From: a virus
Length of the DNA: 64,000 nt
Strand: one strand, 5' to 3'
IMG/VR virus record: IMGVR_UViG_3300044712_002690
Location: 32,001-96,000 of that record
Numbering within the stretch: position 1 is the stretch's first letter; every line of letters begins with the position of its first letter. Made by a program: the position numbers and the translations under genes. The notes beneath the pieces are model-generated. The model worked only from the letters and a program-made list of their open reading frames with translations. It had not been told where the DNA came from and searched no databases. Positions 1 to 9,635 of the stretch are shown here, in pieces.

Positions 1-311
1 AATACATGTTTTAAAATTTGATATTCTGCTGATGAAACAACATAAAATAATTGCTTATCTAAAATAGAATAATCAGTTATGGATGGAGTATATTTAGGAT
101 AGAGTTCTGCATTTGATATTACAAAACCTACTCCATCCATACCTGTTGAAGTATACGTGGTTGCTCTCCACGCATAGTAGTCCTGCAGGGTTGTATAGCC
201 TGTTGATGTATCGTAAACAACATACGTCATTACATCTTCAGCAAGAATTTCTTCTGTATAAAATGTAACTGTTGTAGTATCTTGGTAAGGTATATCAACA
301 AGTCTTAACAT
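1..311 (-). CDS. Hypothetical protein, partial (runs off the left end), probably virion-related
   Basis: Read manually: ATG at 311, MLRLVDIPYQDTTTVTFYTEEIL..., open to position 1, starting 6 nt after the stop of 318..1232. Absent from the ORF track. Confidence 0.65.
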   Translation of the reverse strand, partial: MLRLVDIPYQDTTTVTFYTEEILAEDVMTYVVYDTSTGYTTLQDYYAWRATTYTSTGMDGVGFVISNAELYPKYTPSITDYSILDKQLFYVVSSAEYQILKHV

Positions 312-317
312 ATTTAC

Positions 318-1232
318 CTACAGTAAATCTTTTTTCTTCTCATGCACGAACATTCTAATATCTTTATCTTGGACTGCACCGAGAATGTAATCTAATTCAT
401 CAACATCTAATCTTTCTGTATTGACCCATTGAATAAATTCAACAGGTGAAATTCCAAGATGGGGTTTATCTGAATAGCTAAGTCTTAATTTTTCTAGTTT
501 AGCTTCTATAACAGGTCTAACTGGTTTTTGTGTTTTACCTTCACCAGTAGCTGCTTTCAATTCTGACATTACTTTAAACTGCTCTATTTTATCTTTGTTT
601 CTTGCTTCTCTTTCTATTTCTTCTGCATATTCTTCGGGAGTAAGACGTTTTAAAAGTTTTTCTTGTCCGTAACCAGATAATGCAACACGAATGTCTCTAG
701 ACTTTTTAATTGTTTCTAAATCAGCAAGTTTCATTAAATCAATCACAGAGCCACGTGAAATTTTGTCCATGTCAATAACATCAGAAATAACAACATGCCC
801 ATTACTAATATTTTTAACATAGAATGTTTCATCACCATATTCATCTAAATATGAACGAGCTTGTTCAGGTTTGTTACTTCTAGAAATAGTATCATAGATA
901 CCTAATTTAGATTCAGCAGCAGCAATTCTATCTTTAAGGCTTCCTTGTTTATTACTAATTAGTTGCTCTTGCGGTGCCATTTGTGGATAGCTAGTTTCAA
1001 GAGTTTCTGTGTGATTAATATCACTTGAATCTGTAATTTTCATTTCTTGTGCTCTTTTAGTAGCTTTAATGATAAGTTGTTCTTTTTGTCGAAGAAGCTC
1101 TTGTTGCTCTGCTTCTTTTTGCATTTGAAACTTCCTCATTAAAGAGTCAGGATCTGTGGGAGTAACAACAGTTCTATCAAACTGTGGGTTCTTTAATTGT
1201 TCATCAATGTCCGGAATAAAGTCTTCTTTCAT
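318..1232 (-). CDS. Hypothetical protein downstream of the major capsid gene
   Basis: 304-aa ORF with an AGGAG RBS; no recognised motif. Confidence 0.65.
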   Translation of the reverse strand: MKEDFIPDIDEQLKNPQFDRTVVTPTDPDSLMRKFQMQKEAEQQELLRQKEQLIIKATKRAQEMKITDSSDINHTETLETSYPQMAPQEQLISNKQGSLKDRIAAAESKLGIYDTISRSNKPEQARSYLDEYGDETFYVKNISNGHVVISDVIDMDKISRGSVIDLMKLADLETIKKSRDIRVALSGYGQEKLLKRLTPEEYAEEIEREARNKDKIEQFKVMSELKAATGEGKTQKPVRPVIEAKLEKLRLSYSDKPHLGISPVEFIQWVNTERLDVDELDYILGAVQDKDIRMFVHEKKKDLL

Positions 1233-1303
1233 TTCATTTCTCCTATGTAGGATGTAATTTAATCTACTGTAAAAAATAGAATTTCATGGTTAAGGTTTAA
1301 GGA

Positions 1304-1340
1304 AATAAAAAAATTGCGGTACATTTGCATGTACCGCAAT
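1304..1340 (-). terminator. Rho-independent terminator after the major capsid gene
   Basis: Perfect 12-bp stem ATTGCGGTACAT/ATGTACCGCAAT, GCAA loop on the minus strand, followed by TTTTTTATT. Confidence 0.85.
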
Positions 1341-1371
1341 CGAGAAAAGTATATATTGCTTCAACCTAGCT

Positions 1372-2553
1372 TTATGCCATCCAAGAAGGCACAGTAGCGC
1401 TAGATTTGATAGCACATGCAATTGCTCTTGGGTTAAGAACAACCTGGCTGATTTGCTCAAGGAATAGCCATCCGTATGAAGGATAACCAAACACGAACTG
1501 GTCAGCAGGGAAGACGCTCAGCTCAACACGAACTGGCATAGCACCAAGATAACGTCCTTCAGTTACTGCAAAGATCATACCAGCAGGAACAGAAACGTTT
1601 TCAAGGCCTTGTTCGTCAACACCAGCAGTTACATATACATTAACGCCCCAGATCGAACCAAAGACACCTGTTAAGAGAAGATCTCTTGAAGTGATAGGAT
1701 CGAAATCGATAGCGTTAACATTTTTCTTCAGGTCGCCAAGTTCTTGACGATTCATGAGGAATTTGTCAACTTGCAGACGATGTCTTTCAACTTCATACTG
1801 TAAAGTTTCAAGAACTGATTTCGACACTGTAGAAGTAACATTAATAATGTCATTCTCAAGTGCAGCAGCGCCATAAAGCGACTTCAGTCCCTGACGGTCT
1901 TCTGTCAGCATGATTTGGAAGGTCGTCTTGTCGTGTGTACGCTCAACAACGTCAAACTGTCTTTGAGCAATCTCGCTAACAGTAATTTTTGGTTGAGCAG
2001 TAACAAGAAACTCAGGAGGGAACACTCTGTTACCACGAACTTGGCTACCAATCGTTTGTCCGTCTTCGTTTGTCACGAGGGCAGTAACGTTGATATCTTT
2101 TTCGTAGCTATTAACTTGTCCCTGAGCTAAGTTGTGCGTACGGAATACCTGGCGGATGAAACCTTCATAGTCCAGACGGTCCAGGACAAGGGGAATCATC
2201 TCAGAACCGAAACGAAGTCTCTCCTCAGGAGAACCTGAAAGAGCGGCTTGTACGATTTGCTGTTTTTCTTCTTCAGTATAGTATGGTTTGTTATGAGCCA
2301 CACGATACTTTTCTCTCATAGCAGCAAAATGCTGGAGTTGCGTAATAGCATCAGCTTTGCTGCTAGCATTAAGTTCACCACTAGCATTAAACAGTCTGGA
2401 ACCGCTTCTTTGTGCACGACCATTCGTGTCAATTCCACCGTAAGCTTTGGGGTCAAGAAGATTCTCGTCATAAATACGAGAAGCAACTTTAGTAGCTTTT
2501 TCGCTGGCTGTTTTCTGCATTACTTCTTTCTTATTCATACCATCAGACCACAT
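1372..2553 (-). CDS. Major capsid protein (HK97-fold inferred) with KTAS/KVAS-containing propeptide
   Basis: 393 aa; AGGAGG RBS; lies after scaffold/decoration genes and before a strong terminator; low-AT, high-expression-like codon use; sequence pattern typical of large-phage capsid proteins (LVLDRLDYEGFIRQVF, VFPPEF, FDVVER). Confidence 0.85.
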   Translation of the reverse strand: MWSDGMNKKEVMQKTASEKATKVASRIYDENLLDPKAYGGIDTNGRAQRSGSRLFNASGELNASSKADAITQLQHFAAMREKYRVAHNKPYYTEEEKQQIVQAALSGSPEERLRFGSEMIPLVLDRLDYEGFIRQVFRTHNLAQGQVNSYEKDINVTALVTNEDGQTIGSQVRGNRVFPPEFLVTAQPKITVSEIAQRQFDVVERTHDKTTFQIMLTEDRQGLKSLYGAAALENDIINVTSTVSKSVLETLQYEVERHRLQVDKFLMNRQELGDLKKNVNAIDFDPITSRDLLLTGVFGSIWGVNVYVTAGVDEQGLENVSVPAGMIFAVTEGRYLGAMPVRVELSVFPADQFVFGYPSYGWLFLEQISQVVLNPRAIACAIKSSATVPSWMA

Positions 2554-2567
2554 ATTGCCCTACCTCC

Positions 2568-3275
2568 TTACACCAGATTCAATTTCACATGAAGCTCTGG
2601 GTCATCAGCAGTAGGAGCTTTTGTGATAAAACCGATTGCAGAACCAGCGCTAGTAGCTGTTAAGTAACCGGTAGCGTTTTTGTAAATATTTGCACCAAGT
2701 GTATAAGCTGTAGCAGATGTGGTGTCATAAGTAGTAGTAGCTACTTCACCAATTTCTTCTAACAGAGCTGCTTTTCCTGAACCAACAACTTGATTGATAC
2801 CAGAAAGATCAACATCTTTATACTGATAGGTAACATAAACTGTATCAGTAGCACCAATAGCTACGCGAGTGATAGCACCTGAGGTAACATCAATCGTATA
2901 GTCTGTTGTTTCTGTTTTAGGTGTAGTTTGATCGTCAGCATATACAACATAAGAAGCTGCTTTTACATATGGTTTAACATAAACGATATTAGGAGCCGAT
3001 ACGTTTTCACCAAATGTATGCTCTTCTAAAACAACCGTGCGATAGAAGTAAGTAGTATTGTTCGTAAAGAACATACCAACAACTTTATCACTTGTAGCAG
3101 AAACAGTCTGGACCATTACTTTTCCATTAACTGTAGCGAGTTTAGCCATCTGGCCAGCAACGAAAGTAGCTGCAGGATCAACTTCTCTCCAACCTGTAAC
3201 AGGCATGTTGGAAAGTCTACGAACTGCATTCACGATACCATTGCGTCCCAGAGGAGGAAGAATACCATTAGACAT
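2568..3275 (-). CDS. Putative head decoration/cement protein
   Basis: 235-aa Thr/Val/Ala-rich beta-type protein immediately upstream of the MCP; ends GFITKAPTADDPELHVKL. Confidence 0.55.
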   Translation of the reverse strand: MSNGILPPLGRNGIVNAVRRLSNMPVTGWREVDPAATFVAGQMAKLATVNGKVMVQTVSATSDKVVGMFFTNNTTYFYRTVVLEEHTFGENVSAPNIVYVKPYVKAASYVVYADDQTTPKTETTDYTIDVTSGAITRVAIGATDTVYVTYQYKDVDLSGINQVVGSGKAALLEEIGEVATTTYDTTSATAYTLGANIYKNATGYLTATSAGSAIGFITKAPTADDPELHVKLNLV

Positions 3276-3293
3276 AAAATGTCCTCCTTAAAA

Positions 3294-5408
3294 TTACTTA
3301 CCGCTTCTCATTTCGGCGTACGTTTGACGCCAGAAACGGGCATACTTATCATCGTCTTTACTGACTTGAGATCCACGAAGAGCAACCGATGCTTTATCGC
3401 TTGCTGTTTTAACTTTGGGTTCAATTTCTTCAGCTACTTTTACAGAAGCGTCAAATTCACCCGAATATTTTTTCGTAAAAGATGCTACTTTTAAAAACTC
3501 AGGCATATCTTGTTTAGCTAATGTATCAAAAGCTTCTTTAACAACTTCCATCTGGCTTTGTTCGAAACTATCGATATAAGCATTATGCACTAAAGCTTCA
3601 GCAGCTTCTTTTTCGATTCCAAACTCAACTATGTTTTTAACCATAGCTTCTTTCAAAGGATTAGAAATAAGTCCTTTGAGTTGCTGAACAGAAGCAATTT
3701 CCATTGCAAGTCTCATCTTAGCAACTGTTTCTTCAATTTCAGTTTTTCTAAGTTCAGCAGCTTGCTTCAGAGTAATTGTTTTTTCTCCAGCAGCTTTGTT
3801 AAAAGGTTTAGAAATGTCCATTCCAGGATCTTTGGGTTTTCCACCACCAGACTCACGTCCTTGACCAAGGAACTTTTCTTTCTTATCTTTTGTCATCTCT
3901 CCAGATTTCATATCTGAATTGATTTCACTTGCTTGCTCGCCTGCATTAGTAGCATTAATATCATTAAATTGATATTCTTTAGGCTGCTTAAAAGGATACA
4001 GATTTGCTTGTTTACGAGCCTCAGCTAACTTAGCCATACGTTGCTTGATTTTATCAAGAACTTGTGCTTTAGCTTCCATAGTAGCACTCATAGGATCACC
4101 ACCTTCTCCACCGCTCATTGGAGCATTTTTAGGTTCTTTAGATGCAGGATCACCTGCAACTGGAAGAGTAACTTTATCTCCGCCTTCAGCAGCATCCATA
4201 GCAGTTTTTGTTCCCTGTGTAGATGAAGCAGCTTTAGGAGCTTCAGGTTTTTCTTCTTTCTCAGGTTTTTCTTCTTTCTCTTCACCTTTTTCTTCTAAGC
4301 CTTTAGGAGCTTCAGGTTTTCCTTCTTCTCCTTCAGGTTTCCCCATAGAAGGTTTAGGAGCAGGTTTAGGAGCAGGTTTAGGTCCACCGCCACCGCCAAT
4401 GCCAGAAAGCATGTCAAGGCCTTTGCCTTTTTCTTTCTTAGCTTTGTCGATCATCATATCGCTTTTGATAGCTGAGTCAGCGTCAAGTTTAGCACCGCCT
4501 CTTTCTCCAACAAAGGATTTGAGGTTTTCAGAAAGCTTATCAAGAGCATCTTTTAATTTTGAAACTAAAGAAGGAATATCATCGACACCCATGTCCATGT
4601 CCATTCCCATTCCCATATCTTCTTTAGCTTCGCCTAATCCAAGGCCTTCTCCAAGAGCGTCAAATCCAGCTTTCTTTACATAAGCATTAGCTAATGCTGT
4701 TCTTGCTTGTGCTACGCTATCTACAGCGTATGATAACTGGTTGAGAGAGTCAGTGATATTAATACCTGGCTCAATCGCACCGTTATTCACGAGTATTTCT
4801 TTTGACATACTAGTTCTCCTACTTGAATCGTTTCCAGATTCTTGTGATAATGGTTCTAAGTTCTTGTCTTCTTGCTCCTCTTGTGTTGGAGATTTTGTAA
4901 GAAGATCATTAAAAAAATTCATTATCTCTTTTTCTTCTCTAGAAGGTAAAAGTTCTTTAAGGCGATCAACACGCCATCCTTTTTCGTCAACCAGTCTATT
5001 GACTAAAGTTTCAAGATCTATGTCTTTTAACGAGACATTTGCTTTCCTTATATCTTGACTTGATTGACTTTCTTTGTTAGTAATGAGTATATCTTCTATA
5101 TCTTTTTTCAACCTTTCGGTTGATCTCTCATTCAATATTTCTTCTGGTGTTTTTTGTGGGCCCATTGGGACTGGTGGTTTTTTACCACCACCAGGAGCAG
5201 GCGGTGCTGCACCACCTCCGCCACCCCCTCCACCTAAATCAGGCATTGGTGCTTTTGGTGGCTGTCCTGGTTGCCCAGGTGTTTTACCCATATTGTTAAC
5301 ACCAGTAGCATCCTTTCCTTCTCCTACTGGAGTATGAAGGTTGGGTACTTGTGTAGGTGTCTGACTTCCTGGCCCTTCGGTCGGCGGAGTAATAATATCT
5401 TCGGGCAT
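3294..5408 (-). CDS. Putative scaffolding/prohead core protein
   Basis: 704 aa; Pro/Gly low-complexity and coiled-coil segments; many K-x-A motifs; located between protease and capsid genes. Confidence 0.55.
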   Translation of the reverse strand: MPEDIITPPTEGPGSQTPTQVPNLHTPVGEGKDATGVNNMGKTPGQPGQPPKAPMPDLGGGGGGGGAAPPAPGGGKKPPVPMGPQKTPEEILNERSTERLKKDIEDILITNKESQSSQDIRKANVSLKDIDLETLVNRLVDEKGWRVDRLKELLPSREEKEIMNFFNDLLTKSPTQEEQEDKNLEPLSQESGNDSSRRTSMSKEILVNNGAIEPGINITDSLNQLSYAVDSVAQARTALANAYVKKAGFDALGEGLGLGEAKEDMGMGMDMDMGVDDIPSLVSKLKDALDKLSENLKSFVGERGGAKLDADSAIKSDMMIDKAKKEKGKGLDMLSGIGGGGGPKPAPKPAPKPSMGKPEGEEGKPEAPKGLEEKGEEKEEKPEKEEKPEAPKAASSTQGTKTAMDAAEGGDKVTLPVAGDPASKEPKNAPMSGGEGGDPMSATMEAKAQVLDKIKQRMAKLAEARKQANLYPFKQPKEYQFNDINATNAGEQASEINSDMKSGEMTKDKKEKFLGQGRESGGGKPKDPGMDISKPFNKAAGEKTITLKQAAELRKTEIEETVAKMRLAMEIASVQQLKGLISNPLKEAMVKNIVEFGIEKEAAEALVHNAYIDSFEQSQMEVVKEAFDTLAKQDMPEFLKVASFTKKYSGEFDASVKVAEEIEPKVKTASDKASVALRGSQVSKDDDKYARFWRQTYAEMRSGK

Positions 5409-5478
5409 GCTCTCCCCATCTTATTATATGCTAGCAAACAGAATTATAGTATTTTCTACTATAAATTTAAGGATAAAA

Positions 5479-6888
5479 TTATTCTTCTTTTAACACATCA
5501 AACAATGTAGGACTATTTCCCGATGTGCTACCTGCAGGTTTTACAGGCTTACTCATTTCTGGCTTACCCATTTCAGGTTTAGCTTCTTCTGGTTTTTTAG
5601 GTTTTGTCTTTTTAAGATCTGGAACTTTTATATTCTCTTTAGCAATTTCTTCAGAACCATCTTCTTTTTCGTTTATAATAATTGTAGTAGCTAATTTTTT
5701 AAGAGCAAATATAGCATTATCAAGTGCTTGTTTTCTTAATTGATTATCAATATTATGCCCAACAAATTTACCAGTTTTAATTATTCTTTCTGCATCACTG
5801 TGAATAGCTTGTTTTAATAAATCCTTATATTCATTATTAATAGCTAAAGATTTTTCCCATTTATCATATACACTTGATAATTTGTTTATACCACTATAAT
5901 TAGCAACATATTTCCAAAAACTATTAGCGTACTCGGAAAACTTTTCTTTATTTGTATCAATATCATGTAAAATAGATGCATATTGAGAAATAATTGCTTC
6001 TGCTTCGTTCTTAACATCAGTTTCACTAACTTCTTTTGCTATTTCTTCTAATTCTGGAGTTTTGCTTAAGATTTGACTAACATCATATGGAGTGCCTTGC
6101 ATTCCAACTTGATGAACAAGCTTATCCGCTTCAAACGAAGCTGCTTTTAAAATAACATCTTCTCCAGGTAATCCTGATCCAATATAAACTTGTTTTAACT
6201 TTTCTACTACTTGATTTATTTGTTCTTGAGTAGCTCCTTCTGTTAGAGCTATTGGGCGAACTACATCCATAAGCCATTCTTTAGTTTCATTATATTCATT
6301 ATGTCCCTGTTCTTCTGGTGTACTATAGTCAGTTTCTGGATTAGAAGAAAAATATTCAACTAATCTGTCCTTTATTTGATTAACAAACTCATCTATATTA
6401 AAAGGTTCACCCGAAGGGGCAGACGTTTGTACAGCAGGAACAGTTGCTTGACCAGGAATACCTGGAGTAATTTCTGCAGCACGAAACTTTCTATCGGTAG
6501 CGGGTTCTTTTAGATATGTAACCAAGTTACTAATCTTAGCTGCTTTTTCAAGAAGTATTTGATCAATATCCATTGTATCTGCCCCTAATTTAGTTACTAA
6601 TTCTTCAAATGCTTTAGTATACCCTTGCTCATTTGGAGTTTTCCAGGTAATGTGTAATCTTATTTCATTCTCAAATGCTTTATCAGTATGATATCTTTCT
6701 TTATGACTTTTTATTAAATCATGAACTTCTTTTTTAGTTCTTACAAATACCTCATCGGTTTTTTGACCAAAATCAAAAACTTCAACAGAATAACCTTGAC
6801 CAAACTGAGAGCCTGGGGCTAACTTTTTTATTATAAGTTCTGTCCCCTGACCAGCAGTGTTAGGATCTCTACCAGCAAGTTTAATCAT
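5479..6888 (-). CDS. Hypothetical head-associated protein with multiple K-x-A motifs
   Basis: 469 aa; starts MIKLAG; contains KKLAP, KAAK, KAASF, KQAL, KKLAT; overlaps the protease stop. Confidence 0.5.
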   Translation of the reverse strand: MIKLAGRDPNTAGQGTELIIKKLAPGSQFGQGYSVEVFDFGQKTDEVFVRTKKEVHDLIKSHKERYHTDKAFENEIRLHITWKTPNEQGYTKAFEELVTKLGADTMDIDQILLEKAAKISNLVTYLKEPATDRKFRAAEITPGIPGQATVPAVQTSAPSGEPFNIDEFVNQIKDRLVEYFSSNPETDYSTPEEQGHNEYNETKEWLMDVVRPIALTEGATQEQINQVVEKLKQVYIGSGLPGEDVILKAASFEADKLVHQVGMQGTPYDVSQILSKTPELEEIAKEVSETDVKNEAEAIISQYASILHDIDTNKEKFSEYANSFWKYVANYSGINKLSSVYDKWEKSLAINNEYKDLLKQAIHSDAERIIKTGKFVGHNIDNQLRKQALDNAIFALKKLATTIIINEKEDGSEEIAKENIKVPDLKKTKPKKPEEAKPEMGKPEMSKPVKPAGSTSGNSPTLFDVLKEE

Positions 6889-7760
6889 ACTAATGCTTCT
6901 AATCTCGATATAACTTTATCTAATTGTCCAGCAAGTCTACGTTTTTCTTGTGTTGTATTTGCTTTAGATATCATTCTATAAACAGTATCTATAATTTCTG
7001 TTTCATACATTCCATTCTCTTCAGCTACTTTTAGTAATCTACCGGGAATGATTTCAGAAACAGCATCAATTACATAAGCTTTAGGGGCAGCAGGAGAAGA
7101 TACAACTGATAGTTCAAAGAAATCTACACCACGAAGAAGTTCAGCAACTTTTTTACCTTCTTTTCTTCTGCCACGTGAAAACTTTAAACATTCACAAATA
7201 TCAGCTTCTCTTAATAACTCTCTTCCACAACAAGTACAAACAGAATGTGTAATTGAACATCCCATAGAAACAGGAACACGTGTAGGATATTTTACTAAAT
7301 CTCTTGAAATGTGAGGCGCTTTTATTTTATCAATACCAAATAATGTAGTAACATGCATATCTTCATATGGATTTTTAATAAAAACAGAATCAAATACAAG
7401 CCCAATAGAATTTTCTATTCTATCGGATTCATGATTTTTATACATTCCTGCTTTTCTAAAAGTTAAATATCTTGCGATTCCTTTGTCTTGATGAATTTCA
7501 TCAAGTTCTGTTAAATCAAAATAATCAGAATTTTTATTTACTGCATGTTCCCATAAGCTGGATTTATTCATTTTACCATAATAGTCACCAGCATCTAACG
7601 CGCGAGTTGTAGCATAGACATAATCTTCTACAGCTTTAGATATAATCATTTCATCTCTTTTATCATCAATGAGAGAAGCGATTTTTTCCTTATCCTTAGA
7701 GCTAAATTCTTTAAACTCTCTAGGTTTAAGCTGCTTCAAATACATATTATCTCTTTCCAC
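6885..7760 (-). CDS. Prohead (capsid maturation) serine protease with Cys-rich insert
   Basis: Motifs NKNSDYF, YKNH (His), VSMGC (Ser), CTCCG...ICECL and FFELSVVSSPAAPKA match the HK97/herpes-type phage prohead protease pattern. Confidence 0.8.
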   Translation of the reverse strand: MERDNMYLKQLKPREFKEFSSKDKEKIASLIDDKRDEMIISKAVEDYVYATTRALDAGDYYGKMNKSSLWEHAVNKNSDYFDLTELDEIHQDKGIARYLTFRKAGMYKNHESDRIENSIGLVFDSVFIKNPYEDMHVTTLFGIDKIKAPHISRDLVKYPTRVPVSMGCSITHSVCTCCGRELLREADICECLKFSRGRRKEGKKVAELLRGVDFFELSVVSSPAAPKAYVIDAVSEIIPGRLLKVAEENGMYETEIIDTVYRMISKANTTQEKRRLAGQLDKVISRLEALV

Positions 7761-7816
7761 AACTTTCTCCTCAAGTAAAACAACTTTAAAATAAAAATAA
7801 GATTACTATTCTAATT

Positions 7817-8200
7817 TTAAGTAAGTTTCGTGATTTCTGCTAGTAATGATTCTACATCACTTAGTAAAGTAGCGGGGTCATCGCAAGTAACAACAGCAGT
7901 TTCAAAGCACTCATCAAGTAGCTCATTCGCATCAGTAAATTCTAATGATGTTTCTAACAACAAATTATTGATAGAATCTACTTTACTAAATTCTTCAGGT
8001 TGTAAACCTTCAGGAAATGCTTTATAATATAAAGTTTCTGCATGCTCTTGATCTAAATCAAATTTCTTAGAAATGAAGTCAAGTATTTCATACTTGTCAT
8101 TTCCTTCTTGTAATCTTATCCAAACAATAATTTCTTTCTCTTTATGTGTTGGAATATAAGAAAATTTATTCAACATCTTTATTTTTGCTTTTCCACTCAA
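7817..8200 (-). CDS. Hypothetical protein
   Basis: 127-aa ORF in the leftward operon. Confidence 0.6.
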   Translation of the reverse strand: MSGKAKIKMLNKFSYIPTHKEKEIIVWIRLQEGNDKYEILDFISKKFDLDQEHAETLYYKAFPEGLQPEEFSKVDSINNLLLETSLEFTDANELLDECFETAVVTCDDPATLLSDVESLLAEITKLT

Positions 8201-8348
8201 TAATTATTTTTGTACCATTATCAAGCACAACTTCTTTCTTATGTTGATATTCACCACAACTACAACTTTTCATAAATAAAGCAGTACCAATAATAGCAAC
8301 AACAATAAGAACGATAACTTTAGTTCTGTCAGAATAAAAAATACTCAT
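8166..8348 (-). CDS. Small single-pass membrane protein
   Basis: Hydrophobic stretch VIVLIVVAIIGTALF followed by KSCSC; AGGAG RBS. Confidence 0.6.
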   Translation of the reverse strand: MSIFYSDRTKVIVLIVVAIIGTALFMKSCSCGEYQHKKEVVLDNGTKIIIEWKSKNKDVE

Positions 8349-8363
8349 CGCCTATAACTCCTG

Positions 8364-8711
8364 TTATTCATTATTTTTTAAATCATCTTTAGGTTCTTCT
8401 ATTGGTTTATAAAGTTCTATTTGAAATCTCTTTATAATTTCTTTTTTCTTATTGTACCACATAATTACATATGTATTCTTTAAAATAGGATGCGGTGTAA
8501 AAATGATACGATTACTTTTTTCTGCATCATATATTTCACTTAATCTATAAGCATTATCAGCTAATTCATAGTATTCTGCAGCTGGTAGTGTATCTGCTAA
8601 TTCAGTACCGTAATAAATACTCACCATCTGCGGTTTAAATTGATTATCTTTTACTTGAATAACCCCGCATGATAAAAACAATAAACTCAAAATAATTATG
8701 CAAGGTTTCAT
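8364..8711 (-). CDS. Predicted lipoprotein
   Basis: N-terminus MKPCIIILSLLFLSC-G is a signal peptide with a lipobox-like Cys. Confidence 0.6.
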   Translation of the reverse strand: MKPCIIILSLLFLSCGVIQVKDNQFKPQMVSIYYGTELADTLPAAEYYELADNAYRLSEIYDAEKSNRIIFTPHPILKNTYVIMWYNKKKEIIKRFQIELYKPIEEPKDDLKNNE

Positions 8712-8720
8712 ACAATCACC

Positions 8721-8828
8721 TTAATCCTTTTGTTCCTCTTGAGGAAGATCTTTCTCTTCAGAAGCAATTTTTTTATTTACTTCAATTTTAGCTAAATGAA
8801 GTTTTCTTTTAATCAATTCTTTATACAT
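8721..8828 (-). CDS. 35-aa small ORF (MYKELIKRKLHLAKIEVNKKIASEEKDLPQEEQKD)
   Basis: Read manually; fills the gap exactly, with its ATG abutting the upstream TAA; carries KKIAS. Confidence 0.5.
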   Translation of the reverse strand: MYKELIKRKLHLAKIEVNKKIASEEKDLPQEEQKD

Positions 8829-9263
8829 TTACACTATCTCTTCATCTTTAACAGCACTAGTTAGTTCATTATGATATATTTCTGCAAAAGCAATCATAGC
8901 TTCTTGTGTTTGTTGATAAAGCTTAGGTATTAAATCTAATGCAGCATAACAAGATTTTTTAGAGAAATCAATTAAATCATTTTCAAAACCTGAAACAGCA
9001 TTTTGTATCAAAGAACCCAGTTCAACTTGAGTATCTTTTAATGCAAGTAAAGGATCATATTTCTCATCTGCTTTTTTCTTGGTTCCCATACTTTCTTCTC
9101 CAAGACTATAATCTCTTTTATCTTCAGTTTTAATATATTCTGAAGTTCCTTGCATAGATTTCATGCCAGAATCACTATTAGTCATCTGTATAGGTGATTG
9201 ATTAGAAGACTTTGGTCCGTTATCAGGTTCTTCTGTTTGACTTATTTCTGCTTTTTTAAACAT
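8829..9263 (-). CDS. Hypothetical protein with K-x-A motifs
   Basis: 144 aa; MFKKAEIS and KKKADEK. Confidence 0.6.
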   Translation of the reverse strand: MFKKAEISQTEEPDNGPKSSNQSPIQMTNSDSGMKSMQGTSEYIKTEDKRDYSLGEESMGTKKKADEKYDPLLALKDTQVELGSLIQNAVSGFENDLIDFSKKSCYAALDLIPKLYQQTQEAMIAFAEIYHNELTSAVKDEEIV

Positions 9264-9624
9264 AATTCAAACAATAAATGTTTAGACCTGAGGAAGCAGT
9301 CCCACCCAATCCTTTAACAACTAAAAATGATGGAGGTGGATCTATTTTATCAACACCTAGAATATCTCTATGATTAAATGTATCTCCGCTACCAATAGCG
9401 ATACCTCTAAAATTTGTATCGCTAGCAAGATATTCTTTTAATTCTTGTCTTGTGATAAAGTTAACTTCAATAGTTACACCACTATTGTTTTTAAAATAAA
9501 AACCTTGTGGTCTTGCTCCGATATCAGTTGCTCCTGTAGATGACTCTACAATTTCACAGTTATACAATGTAGCTGTACCTGCTGTAAGTCCTGTTGAAGA
9601 TATTGTTATAAGTTTATTTTTCAT
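9256..9624 (-). CDS. Hypothetical small beta-rich protein (possibly virion)
   Basis: 122 aa, Gly/Thr-rich; GGAG RBS. Confidence 0.55.
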   Translation of the reverse strand: MKNKLITISSTGLTAGTATLYNCEIVESSTGATDIGARPQGFYFKNNSGVTIEVNFITRQELKEYLASDTNFRGIAIGSGDTFNHRDILGVDKIDPPPSFLVVKGLGGTASSGLNIYCLNYV

Positions 9625-9635
9625 TCTTAATCTCC

